A stretch of 63,791 bases of DNA from assembly GCF_004010195.1 (NCBI RefSeq), contig NC_057718.1, positions 89,817,497 through 89,881,287 of the forward strand, in the 5' to 3' direction. Position numbers and translations under genes: made by a program. The notes below the pieces were generated by a model. The model saw only the letters and a list, made by a program, of their open reading frames with translations, made no database searches and had not been told where the DNA came from. This stretch comes from Chiloscyllium plagiosum (Eukaryota). Positions 11,854-24,300 of the stretch are shown here, one piece after another. The first letter of the stretch is position 1. Every line of letters begins with the position of its first letter.

Positions 11854-12208
11854 TGTGTAGGAAGCTCTCGGCATCGGCCGGGACTGCAAGTGAGGGAGAC
11901 CCTCGGGAGGGGAGGTAGGTCTGAGAGCGGAGTGGCCTGTTTATACCCCCCCAAGGAGAGGAGAGTGGCCTGTTTATACCCCCCCCAGGAGAGTAGATGG
12001 GCGAGCGTCTCCTCTGAAGTCACCAGCTCAGGAACGGTCCCGACTCTGTGCTGCCTCCCCTAGTTCAATAGCTGGGGCAATCCAGCTTCACAATTACAGC
12101 CCGGGGCAGAGACAGCAACAGAGGCTGTACTGTAGTTTTTCTTAATCTGTGATCTGACTTTCTGCTGTTGGGCTGTAATTTTAAGCGTGTGTGTTCGTGG
12201 CAAGTTTT

Positions 12209-12503
12209 AGATTTAGATTACTTACAGTGTGGAAACAGGCCCAACAAGTCCACACCGACCCGCCGAAGCGCAACCCACCCATACCTCTACATTTACCCCT
12301 TACCTAACACTACGGGCAATTTCCCATGGCCAATTCACCTGACCCTGCACATGTTTGGACTGTGGGAGGAAACCGGAGCACCCGGAGGAAACCCACACAG
12401 ACACGGGGAGAATGTGCAAACTCCACACAGTCAGTGGGAATTGAACCCGGGTCTCTAGCGCTGTGAGGCAGCAGTGCTAACCACTGTGCCACCGTGCCGC
12501 CCA
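12209..12503 (-). mobile_element. HE1/V-SINE, near full length
   Basis: Reverse complement has tRNA head GGCGGCACGGTGGCACAGTGGTTAGCAC...GGGTTCAATTCC, V-domain GTGTGGAGTTTGCACATTCTCCCCGTGTCTG, and a (TCTAA)-like tail. Confidence 0.92.
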
Positions 12504-13094
12504 CACGGTTTTTGTGTCTGTACTATTTCTAATGTGTGTAGCAGAAATGTTGACGCGACTGGTTTTATTTTGCATCAACTGGTTTTATTTAGTGAACTGT
12601 TCTGGTTGCCCCACACAGGTGACAAATGTGTTTGAACTTGCAACTGTTTGCAAATGGGTGTAGCCATGACAAGTTTGCTCATTGTTTCCTGAGTCCACTT
12701 TTTCATCAGGTAGTTGAAGGTGAGCCGGGATAATGGAAATTGGAAATACGATGGTCCAGTCAAGTTTATCTAGTGGCTAGTCATCTTAGTCTGGCCCAGG
12801 ACTCTGTCATCTCTCCTTCAACCAACTGTCTACACCCTCCGACCTAATGGACTGCAGTCCAGAAGTACTTCAGTGTTATAAAGAACTTTGGGTCCTTCCA
12901 GGATTTGACAATACAGGCACTCAATTTGACAAATTTCCAACCAATACGGTTAAATTCGTATTTCACGTTTAATGCAAATTTTGTGGCCAATTAAATTTTC
13001 CATCTATTTTTCCATTAAAATATCTATCTTCAGCAGTTACTCCAGTGTGATGGAGATTCCTATTTGTATTTTCACACTCTCTAGCTTGTGAGTC

Positions 13095-13520
13095 AAAGTT
13101 TAACCAGTGGCAGTACTGAGGAAGGTCTGCAAAGACTGTAGTGCAGTCTTGCAGATGAGATGTTAAACTGAGGCCCCTCACGTGGAAGTGGAAGATTCTA
13201 CCCCACAGTTCTGACGAATCTCAGAATAATCGCAGCACACAATGAGGCCAGTCAGTGTCTTTGCCCTTGTCTGAAAAATGTGTTGCTGGAAAAGCGCAGC
13301 AGATCAGGCAGCATCCAAGGAGCAGGAGAATCTCCAAGGAGCTGAAGAAGGGCTTATGCCCAAAACGTCGATTCTCCTGCTCCTTGGATGCTGCCTGACC
13401 TGCTGCGCTTTTCCAGCAACACATTTTTCCGCTCTGATCTCCAGCATCTGCAGCCCTCACTTTCTCCTTTGCCCTTGTCTGCAGGAAGAGCAGGGAAGTA
13501 CCCCAGGTACTGGCTCCTGA
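13095..13520 (+). mobile_element. Deu-domain SINE (SacSINE1/AmnSINE-like) remnant, split by a PLE-derived insertion
   Basis: GCAGTACTGAGG...CAGATGAGATGTTAAACTGAGGCCCC...GAAGAGCAGGGAAGT matches the recalled Deu-domain consensus. Confidence 0.6.
13274..13466. mobile_element. Fold-back PLE-derived element (family B) with a 15-bp TSD
   Basis: Arms 13274-13332 and 13370-13428 (~59 bp, 1 mismatch). TSD CTTTGCCCTTGTCTG at 13259-13273 and 13467-13481. Hammerhead relic at 13342-13369. Confidence 0.85.
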
Positions 13521-13839
13521 TCCCTGTACATTGAACCACCCCAAAACCCCAATGAGGTGTCTGTGTGGCCAGAGAGTAGAGGTTTTCATACGTTTGAGCT
13601 GGGGCTTTGGAGTTAGGTTCATTCCCTTTGTCATTGCTTAGGGAAAAGGTTCAGGCTTTCTCAGTTGGACAGACTGATCATGCTGAAATCGCCAATATTT
13701 CCAGCCCTGATAAAGTTTCCCTGAGATTGTTAAGACTTAGTAACAGACTAGAATCGCAGACCAAGTGAGGACAGTAGGCCCTTTTCCCCTGAAGGACATT
13801 GATAGTATAATTGGAATGAAAAGAACTGCGGGCACTAAG

Positions 13840-14030
13840 TCAAAAACAAAAATTGCTGGAAAAGCTCAGCGGGTCTGGCAGCATTTGTGAAGAGAAACCA
13901 GAGTTAACGTTTCGGGTCCAGATGCAGTCCCGAGGAAGGGTCACCAGACCCGAAAATGTTAACTCTGATTTCTCTTCACAGATGCTGCCAAGGCCTGCTG
14001 GGTTTTCCCAGAAATTTCTGCTTTTGTTTC
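13840..14030. mobile_element. Fold-back PLE-derived element, family C (AAATTGCTGGAAAAGCTCAGC...GTTAACGTTTCGGGTC)
   Basis: Inverted arms of ~75 bp with a central GAGGAAGGGTC-ACCA-GACCC-GAAA hammerhead-like relic. Related pieces at ~17665-17765, 39480-39570, 60320-60490 and 60690-60830. Confidence 0.7.
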
Positions 14031-15237
14031 TGACAGTCCAATGGGGTTTTCGCAATTGTACAATTACAGATATTGCATGTTACAATTGCTGCTAGCAAAC
14101 TTGCAAATTGACCAAAATATATGTGCTTTGTAATTCTTGTAAGGTCAAGGTAAAATAGCAAATGAGAGGCTGGGGCAGGAACATATTTTTTAATCCTTAC
14201 AACTCATCACGTGTCATCAGATCTAGTCTTCAGGCCCACAGGAAACATTGTTGACAGCATCTGGGCATGAGAATGTTTAACGGAATTTGGATAGTATAAG
14301 GGTGTGTTTTAACCCCATGGTTTAAACAAAGAACTCAACTAATTATTGGACATTTTGCATCAAAGAGAAATTGTTATGGAACACCAATGTTGTGTCGATT
14401 TACCACCCAGGTCTTTTCCTGGCTTTTAAATATGCCATAAAAAGACTCAGCTACAATCGAGAACTGCTGAGTTTCTCCAGCAATTTCTATTTTTGTCTCG
14501 ACAACAGTTTCTTTTTGGTGCCAATTAGAGCTGGGTCAAGCTAGCACTTGCCGGTGTCTGTCTAATTCCTTGAGTTTAAAGTAAAGTATAAATATATATG
14601 TAAAGTATGCATTTAAAGTAGATGCTTGTGTAAATTGGGGTTCGTGGAATGATGCTGTCAGATGCTTATTTGAATTTTCTTGCTTGCACTTTTAAGTAAA
14701 AGGAACCTTTTCCATAAAACTTGAATTGTTTGTTCTGGGTGCTCAGACTCAATAGACAGTTTGTTTTGTCGAGAGTGTGGCGCTGGAAAAGCACAGTAGG
14801 TCAGGCAGCATCTGAGGAGCAGGAGAGTCAACGTTTCTGGCGTAAGCCAGAAAGGAATGGAAAGGAATGATCCACAAAACCTTATAGTTGTCATAACTAC
14901 TTTCTTTGCTCTGGGTCCACATCATGATTCTTTTTAAAATTACTTCAGTTTCACAATTTGCCACAGTGTGAATTGCACCCACAACCTCTGAGTTAGCAGT
15001 ATAAGGTCAGAACCACTAGGTTAACATCCCTTTGTAATGGCCATTGCACTGAAGTTTCCAGTGAATCTATCTTACAACAGGATGCAGAGAATGTTGCAAA
15101 GTGATTTAAGACCTTGCTGTTGAATTTGTAACTGGAACTCCTGACATTTGGTTGCCAGAGCAGAGAGAACAATGAAGCACTGAACAGCACTAACCTCTCG
15201 GTGGTATCTGTTTGCTCACAGGACAAGTTGATGTGAA

Positions 15238-15338
15238 ATGGCTTGTCGCAACAGCAGAGAAAATAAGAGGAACTGCACATTTGTCCGGATTTTCCTGCCT
15301 CTGATTATTGCCATCGCTTTTCTTCAGACATCTGACTG
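15238..15338 (+). CDS. RNASET2: RNase T2 coding exon 1 (signal peptide MACRNSRENKRNCTFVRIFLPLIIAIAFLQTSD)
   Basis: ATG in GAAATGG context, hydrophobic h-region, donor TG|GTGAGT in phase 2 matching the next exon; acceptor TTTGCTCACAG ends at 15221. Confidence 0.82.
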
Positions 15339-18300
15339 GTGAGTGTGAAACGATGCATGGGGAAGTTTTGCGAAAAGTTCCAGTCTTGATGTTATTGGAA
15401 ATGGCAGGTATTTGTCACCTTCCGTCTTTAGGAGGGAGTTTGGGTGTCTGTTTGAATCGGTGTGCGACAATATGAATTATTTGGTGCAATAGTAAAGTGA
15501 ACAGTGAAACCTGAGGGAGGGTGGAGGGGGAGTTAGAAACCTCAAACTTGGAAGGTGTCAGGGGAAGTCGGTCGGCTGTTTGTTTTTGAGAAAAAAGTGA
15601 GATCTTTTTGAGTTTTTATGGTATATTGAGAAAGTTACAATAACTTTTAAAAAAAATACCTGTTAGGCAAGAGGGAAGATGGAAACATATATAAACTGGG
15701 ATTAGTCCATTGATACATTTGAGTAAAAGGTTCCTTTTACTTAAAAATATGAGCAAAACAAATATAGTTGTAAGGATAGTCTAGGGAGGCAATAGCCTAG
15801 TGGTATTATTGCTTAGCTGTTAATCCAGAGATGCAGGGAATATTCTGAGGACCTGGGTTTGAATCCCACCATGGCAGTTGGTGTAATTTGAACTCAGTAA
15901 AATCTGGAAGGAAAAGTCTAACGATAACTGTGAATCCATTGTTGATTGTCGGAAAAGGCTATCTATCTGGTTCACTAATGCCCTTTCGGGAAGGAAACTG
16001 CCTGGTCTGGCTACGTGTGACTGCAGACCCCCAGCAATGGGGTTGATTTTTAACTGTCCTCTGGGCAATTAGGGATGGGCACTTAATGCCGGTCTGGTCA
16101 GTGACACCTTCATCCCGTGAATGACTAAAATAAAAAAATCGGAATTCATTGACTGCTGTGTGGCAGGAGTCTCTTTTGAAATATATCAAAAAAAATGTTG
16201 GAAAAGGAATTTGCAGGGCTATGGGGGAACAGAAGGGATTTCTATCTCAAAGAGCTGGCTTAGGCATGATAAGTTGAATGGTTCCGGGGTGGACAATTAC
16301 AACTTCACCCTCAAACTGCCGTTAGCTTTGCTCCAAGTAAGTTGTTATCTGTAGTTTTGCAAGCCGCGTTTTGAAAGCGCAACCTCGGAACTGGAGCTGC
16401 GCAGTTCTACGTGTTTTGTTTGAGGTTTCAAAGTCACAAAGTGGTTTTGCACTGCCTCGCTGCCGGGTGAATTGTCTGAAACTGAGTGAATCACATGAGT
16501 TCACTTCGGCTGCTGCAGGCAGAGCTTCAAAACATTTGAAGTCAAGGACCATATTTTCTAACCCTTCACTTGCAGCAGCAACAAATCAAAGGGCTTGCTG
16601 GTTTCAGATCAACTGACAGGTGATGGGAATTTCAAATCACTAACTGTGTTATTTGTTGAAGCACTTAAACAAGACCAATGTTAACATACAATGAAATGCC
16701 AGCGACACGGAACAGAGAACTGTAGAGACATTTTAGGACAGAGACTTTGTGTGGCTGTAGACTTCGTAACCAGTGTTGGTGATTGAAACTGAGAGGATAT
16801 CAGCATTTAAGAATGGGTTATGTAGATGGGTTGACCGAAGGACAGGAACAATGGCAAATGGGAACACATTATCACTACCATGATCCAGGTGAGTGAGAGA
16901 CACTGGAAGATGTACCCTTTGTCAACTGGTCTGCTGAGCTCTAATATGAGGGCCAACAGTTTGAGACAGAGTTCTGGAATGAGTTCCTTTCAAAAATGGA
17001 ACTAAAGGTGACCATCTGACAGTATTGCCACAAAGTAATTGCAGTGTGTACCATCTACAAGATGCAATGCACAAAGTCACCAAGGCTCCTTAGACAGTAC
17101 CTAGCAAACCCACTATCAACTGGAAAGACAGGGCAGCACAGAACCTGCCAGTTCATCTTCAAGCCAGTCACCATCCTGACTTGGAAATATATCACTTGTT
17201 CCTCCAATGTCACTGGGTGAAAAGCCTGGAACTCCTTCCTTAATGGCATTGTGGGTCTTTCTACAGGACATGGATTACAGTGGTCCCAGAAGGCAGCTAA
17301 TTACCACTTTCTCAAGGATCGCTAGGGGAGATGGATAATAAATGATGGTCCGGCCATGGCACCCACCATCGCACCTCCATACACACCAAGCCTTGTAATC
17401 CCATGGGTTGCTTTCACCATGGCCAAATCATTTCCATCCACTATTTGGCCCCATTAGCAGCTTCTCTCTCCTCCCAAACTCACCATGATCCACTCCTTTG
17501 TCTGTCCATCTGCTGTTCTCACTCTCTGAGCTCTATCTATCATTTATTCCTCCTCCACCTCTTTACTCTCTCTCCCTCCCTCTCTCTCTCTCTCTCTGTA
17601 TATGTGCGTGTGTCGCATGCACTTTTACACTCTCAGACACAGCAAGTCCCTCCTACCCGCAGGTAGTCCTGAAGAATAGGCCCCGAATCCAAAATGTTAA
17701 CTGCTTTCTTATCACAGATGCTGCCAGGCTGTGTTGAGTTTCTCTAGCAACTTTTGTTTTTGAATAAGATCATGTATTGCATGGGGATTTAAACAGTCAT
17801 TCTTTCTATTCTCATCACGGTTGTTCGTCCTCTCAATTCCTGAAGCCTGGGTCTCTGTGTTGGGCTGTGAATCTTTCAGGGACAGCAATCCTCTGATGGT
17901 TGGCCATTCTTGATCCTGGATGGTGAGTGGTAACCAGTCATTCAGTGGTGGGATCAGCATACTGTTAACCTTTACACAGATTCACCTTGCAGCACAGACT
18001 GCAGAATAATAAGGACCAGGAACCCCAACTGATTGCCTTGCCCCTCCACTCCTACCCCTGTCCTGAGGAGATCAGTTGAGCAGTTCTGCCTGCCATCCCT
18101 CTATCAGGAATTTTATCTCTGCAGGTCACTGCCACAGTAATGGTGTATCCTGTGGACAATTCCCTGTGCAATTCACATCAGCTATGGACATTGGGCGAAG
18201 TTTCCGATCACTAATAAGAGACCTATGGTATGTTTAAACAATAAAAGTATGTGCTAACTATGCTTTTTGTTCTCTTGTAGTAAAAATCACCAATGGCACA

Positions 18301-21300
18301 GCCTCAGTTTGTCTCATCATTGGCCTCAGACTGTGTGTTTGGTGAGTCAGTACCTGTTGTTGTGTTGTGGTATTGACTGTTTTTACCTTTCCCCTCCTCT
18401 GCTTGAACTAAACTCTTTTTTTGTTTTTAAAAAAAGTGTCCTAAAATTCAAAGATGTGCAAAGTTTGTTGATTATCATTTGCTTTTATTTTATTCTGTCC
18501 ACTTTCACTTCTCGTTCTTGCATAATGTTACTTGAATCTATTTAAGTCAGTGCAAAGCTTAGATATACATGACTCCGCTAAATGGTCAATCACCATTTGA
18601 ATCGTCCAGTATTTCAGCTTCCTCATATCAGAGCTCCATGAGATGCTGCAAGTCAGTCTGCGTGTTTTTGCTGTAATTTGTGTAATGTGCACCCAGGCAG
18701 TCCAGGGAATATTCATTAGCTTGATTCTGGGACTGGCAGGATTTTCCTGTGAGGGAAGGTTGAGTATGTTGAGATTGTATTCGGTGGAATTTAGATAAAT
18801 GGGTGGAAACCTCATTGAAATATAGAAGGGTCCCATTCTAAAGGGAGCCATTGGTGTCAAGGTAGTGTCACTGGGACTGGTAATCCAGAACCCCTAAGTT
18901 AATGCTGTGGGTTTGAGTCCCATTATGTCAGGTAGTGAAATTGGGTTACCTTTTTATCCAAATCCAATGTTTATCATGTAGACATTGTTGATTATTGTAA
19001 TATCACATCTGGTTCACCGCTTGGTCCGCGACTCCAGACCCACAGCAGTATGATTGTCTTTTAACTGCCCTCGGGATAATTTGAGCTTGTCTATGAATGC
19101 TGGCTGAGCAAGCGACACTCTCATTCTATGAATTAATTTTAAAACATCCAGTGGGCTTGACTGGGTAGGTACAGGGAAGTGGTTTCCCGTTGTGGGAATG
19201 TGCATGACAACAAGGTGTAATCTTAGAATAAGGGGTTGAACGTTTAAGATAGGGATAAGAAGGAATCTATTCTCCAGGGGGTGGTGATTGTGGAATTCTT
19301 TACTGCAGAGGGCTGAGAAGTCTGGGTCATTTGAGTATATTAAAGAATATGATCGGCAGGTTTTTAATCAGCAAGGGAATGAAGGAAGTGTCAGGAAAGT
19401 GGAGTCAAGGATTATCAGATCAGCCATGATCTCATTAAATGACAGAGTGGAATCGATGGGCCGAAAGACCCCTTTCTCTCGTCTGTCTTAGACATGCATT
19501 TCCTTGCTTCATTGTCTATGTAGTATATGATTACATGTCGAAGCACTTACAGCCCACGATTTCCAAACTTTGAATATATTTCAAAACAAATTAGATGTCA
19601 GTAACCAGCCCAGGCAAACAGGCCAGCAGAGGCCTGCCTCCAATCACTGTTTTGGATCGGGCTGAAAGGGGAACTGCTGCAGTCAGAGTCGGTACCTTGG
19701 GTGTGAAGGGACAGAGAATTGGGAGCCAGCGACTCCAGTTGAAGGTGAGCAGGACATCGAGGTGCAGGCGGCTTGTGGTTTCTCCCAGTCTCTTGCTATT
19801 AAGGCCCACGCCGGACTTTGACCGGCTTGAGGAATTTTCTGAGGTGGCCAGGCATCAGCCGGACCCCCTTGGGACCAAAAGATTCAACTGTACCGGGGAG
19901 CGAGGGACAGAACAGCTGAGAATGTTAGTGAGGGAAACTCTCATTTCTGAATGGAACTGAGCAGTTTGCCAACAGAAGTCACTTTTTAAATAAAAATAAA
20001 AGGACTCTGCTCCCTGACAGCAAAACACTTTAAGTTTTTCTTTTGGGTCACTTTTGATATGTTTTAACTGATTCATATCAATCTTTGTGGCAATCCCAAT
20101 TAACTTTTATTAAGGCTTTGAGGAATTCCAGATTTGAGGTGATAGATTGGATGGTATTACAGGGGTTTGTGACAATGCTGTCACTTTACAAAGGTTATTT
20201 TGGTTTTTTTGTTTGTTTGACGAGAGGTTGTAAAGGCAGAGGTGACGAACTGACTACTGGAGATGGCCTAAGTAAACAATTTAGGAGGACTTCAGGTTTT
20301 TTTAAAAATAATGTTGGAACAATGGAAGCAGTTTGAAGGGGAGTGGCCAGTTCTCACAGACCAGACTTTCAAATTTTTTTTTAGCTTTAGCAGTCAGAAG
20401 CTGTTTGGGGTTCCAGAAAAGGCAGAGCTTCAGTGAGCGTATCCTAGCTGCTTCTTGTCTGAAATCTCTCTTGATGTTGTTTCCTCCTGAATTGGAGAAC
20501 TGCATGTAAGAATCTGTCTGAATTTACCTTTTTGCTAAGGAGTTTGTTTATGGGATGTTACTATACTGGAACAGTTAATTAGTAATATGTACTGTGTCTA
20601 TTATTCAGTCAGGGTTTCCTACAGTTAAGTTATTCTCAATTTCTCTTTCTTTTGTTCATATTTTAACTACAGTTATAGAGCCATAGAGACGTACAGCACA
20701 GAAACAGACCCTTTGGTCCAACTCGTTCATGCTGACCAGATATCCCAACCTAATCTAGTCCCATTTGCCAGCACTTGGCCCATGTCCCCCTCAACCCTTC
20801 GTGTTCATATACCCATCCGGATGCCTTTTAAATGCCATAATTGTACCAGCTTCCACCACTTCCTTTGGCAGCTCATTCACACATGCACCACCCTCTGTGT
20901 GAAAACATTGCGCCTTAGGTCCCTTTTAAATCTTTCCCCTCTCACCCTAAACCTATGCCCTCTCGTTCTGGACTCCCCCCACTCCAGGAGAAAGACCTTG
21001 TCTATTTACCCTATCCATGGCCCTCATGATTTCATAAACCTCTATAAGGTCACCCCTCAGCCTCCAACACTCCAGGGAAACCAGTCTGATAAGCCTCTCC
21101 CTTTATCTCAAACCCTCCAACCTGTTTGAATAAATTGTGTTATGCTTAGGGTCGAGTAGTTTGACCAGTCACATCACATTTGGAACATGTACTTCGCATT
21201 TACCTTTTTAAAATAAGAAATGTTAGGGTCTAGGCTACCTTCAAAATATTTTTAAGTGGTCTGGTCTCATCCATAACAGGCAGATTGGCCGCCTCCTGTT

Positions 21301-24300
21301 TCTAATTTGTCTGTTGGTAACTGATGCACGAGAGGAGCAAAGGCTGGGAAGTGATGGAGGGAAATGGATGTTAAGAGGGATTGTGATCTGAGTTTGGCAC
21401 CTGGGAGACTTTCAATGACAGGGGATGAGGCTGAGATGCCTTTAGCAAGGGAGTTGCAGAGAGTAGTTTGTGTGGTTAGTTCCAATTGTTCTAGCCTTCA
21501 GATGTGATCGATCACCTGCACCCAGCGAGTAGCTCTGATTATTTGAAGAACGTTTTAACTCTCTGACTTGGACAAAGTAAAGTTTCCACATTCTGAAGTG
21601 TGGAAAAAGCCCAGCCGGTCAGGCAGCATCTGACGAGCAGGAGGGTCAACGTTTCGAGCATAAGCTCTTCACCAGGAATGTCATTCCTGATGAAGATCTT
21701 ATGCTTGATCTCCAGCATCTGCAGTCCTCATTTTCTCCTACATTCAGATGTTGTTTCCACTTGCGATGTTCCTCCTTCAGAAGGAGAAGCTTATCTAACG
21801 GCGTTATAACAGCTTAATGTTGGCTCTGTGCCAGCAGTGTCTTGCTTGTGTTTAAGTAGTTCTTTATTGTTTGAGTTTTGACAGCAGTTCCTTTTTTGAG
21901 AAGGGAGTTGGAGAGGGGTGGGAGAGGAGCGGGAGGTGGGGAATGCTGGTGGTCACAGTGATTGTATTTCCAATTTGTAACCTCTACAGCGGAGCAAACT
22001 TTGAAATAGCCATAACTTTTCTGCGAAGTCATATCTTTTTTTTTCTTTTTCCCCCTCAGATGGAGAGTGAAACCTGCAAAGTTCCTCAAAATATTGATTA
22101 CTGGACAGTTCATGGCCTTTGGTGAGCACATATCTACGTTCACATCCTATTCCAAGTAATGTAAATTGCACAACTCCTCGTTCACCATCTGTGTTGGGTA
22201 TTACCATATCCAAAGCACTCCACAGCCATTGAAATCTGGCAAGAAAGGCAGGAGGCCGGGAGAACGCAGCAAGCCAGGCAGCATCAGGGAGGTGGTGAAG
22301 TCAACGTTTCGGGTATGACCCTTCTTCAAGGTTGGGCGTATCCCCAGCCCTGAAGAAGGGTTACACCCACAACGTCGACTTCTCCACCTCCCTGATGCTT
22401 GCTGTGCTCTCCCAGCCTGCTGCCTGTCTAATTTGGATTCCAGCATCTGCATTTTTTTTTGGTCTCAAATGAAATCTGTCGTGCAGTCACTGTTGGTTCG
22501 TAGGCCTATTTGCACCCAGCAAGATCCCACACACAGCAAATGAGATGAATTACTAACTAATCTGTTTCTTGCTGGTGGCATTTGAGAGACAGCAGTGTGG
22601 AAAAATTCACTTGTTCTTCCTTTGACTAACTCCAGGCAATCTTTTCTGGCCCTCAGCCCAGCCCCTGAGCAAGCCCCTCAGTTCAATGCTATTATGGACG
22701 GGCGCATCCAGCCAAGTCTGCATCCCACGAAGGGAATAAACAAAAGAATTGGGTCTTCATTCCTTTACCGCAAAGACACTTCACTTTTTTTTCTTTTAGT
22801 CACGTCCCAGGGTGTGACCATGCACAGGTCAGGGACTTGGAGTTTGGTTGCAAGCTCAGGAAATTAAGTTCAGTAAAATCTAATCCTCTGTCATGAGACA
22901 AGAGAAAAGCAGCAGAAAAAGCAGGCTGTTATCCAAAAGCCAACTTGTTCACAATTGTCTGAGTTGACATGTGACTCCAGTCGCGTGCTGTTGAAGTGTC
23001 CTCGTCAGTTATTTTATTTGCACAATAAGTCACTTGACCAGCTGAGGAAGAATAATAAGTAACCCACATCCTGAACAGCTTCTGGCAAAATCCACTTCCT
23101 TTAAATGTGTGCACAGGGGGTCATTGCTTGGCCAACTCCCATTGAACATCATTACTTGGGTGGGGGAATAGCTCAGACTCCACTGCATCCTTAAGAAATC
23201 CACTAACCAAAGCAAGCAGCAACTTACGCAGTGATCCACTTTTGAGAGATTTTAACACTGCAACAGAATTCAGTTGTAACGAAATATTAAGGATTATAGT
23301 CAGAGTTGTACAGCACGGAAACAGGCCCTTCAATCCAACTCGTCCATGCCAACTAGATATCCTAAATTATTTTAGTCGCATTTGGCCCATATCCCTCTAA
23401 ACCCTTCCTATTCATATTCCCATCCAGATGCCTTTTAAACGCTGTGATTGTACCAGCCTCCACCACTTCCTCTGGCAGCTCATTCCATACACGTACCATA
23501 CTCTGCGTGAAAAAGTTGCCCCTTAGGTCCCTTTTATGTCTTTTCCCTCTCACCTTAAACCTCTGCCTTCTAGTGCTGGGTCTCCCAGCTCAGGAAAAAG
23601 ACCTTGACTATTCACCCTATCCATGCTCCTCCTGGTTTTATAAACATGATTGCAAGGGAAATCAGAGGGATATTTTTTTCCTCCTTCTGCCGCAGATAGC
23701 AGTTTGAATTGGAGAATTTCACACATTCGCCTCCTCCAACGAGCACCAATTTTTCAATTAACATCAATGTTGTTCCAGATGGAGGGAGCAGATGACTGAA
23801 TGTCAGGCCTCCAAAATGAGATTTGCGTACAGAAGCGCAGGCAAAATGTACCAACTTGACCCAACAACGTGGCAACAATTGAGATTAATTTGTTGTCTCA
23901 GGTGTTTATTTGTCTCTTTTTCTCTCTCCTTTCTTTTCATCTCTCTCTCTCTCTCTCTCTCTCTNNNNNNNNNNNNNNNNNNNNNNNNNNNNNNNNNNNN
24001 NNNNNNNNNNNNNNNNNNNNNNNNNNCCCCCCCCCCTTAATTTGGGCTAAACGATCATATCTTCTGAGTGTCAAAAATCCAGATTTTATTAAAAATGAAG
24101 AATTTAAAGGTGAATCGTTAACCTGCCTTTACTTCCCTTTATTTCGAGCTTTGATTTCAGAACAATCTTAGTGTAACAAACAGGCTTGCTCAACACAAAA
24201 CAGGACCTGATTGCATGGGACTAGTCAAACATAAGATATGGGAGCAGAAGTAGGCCATTCAGCCCATTGAATGAGATTACAGCGATCTGATAACCCTCAA

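Noticed and set aside
12440..12503. tRNA genes at SINE heads (also 15784, 28860, 53778, 56190, 60150)
   Set aside because: The A/B boxes run directly into SINE bodies and tails, and no complete cloverleaf is evident.
14207..16500. CLEAR/E-box (TCACGTGT at 14207, TCACATGA at ~16491) and IRF-like (AAAGTGAACAGTGAAAC at ~15495) motifs near the RNase T2 start
   Set aside because: Short imperfect motifs expected by chance; no conservation or binding evidence available.
18293..18341. Alternative start MAQPQFVSSLASDCVF in exon 2
   Set aside because: Out of frame with the conserved HWPQTVC reading and with downstream exons.
19595..19960. 121-aa ORF in an RNase T2 intron
   Set aside because: No recognisable domain or splice context; probably degenerate repeat sequence.
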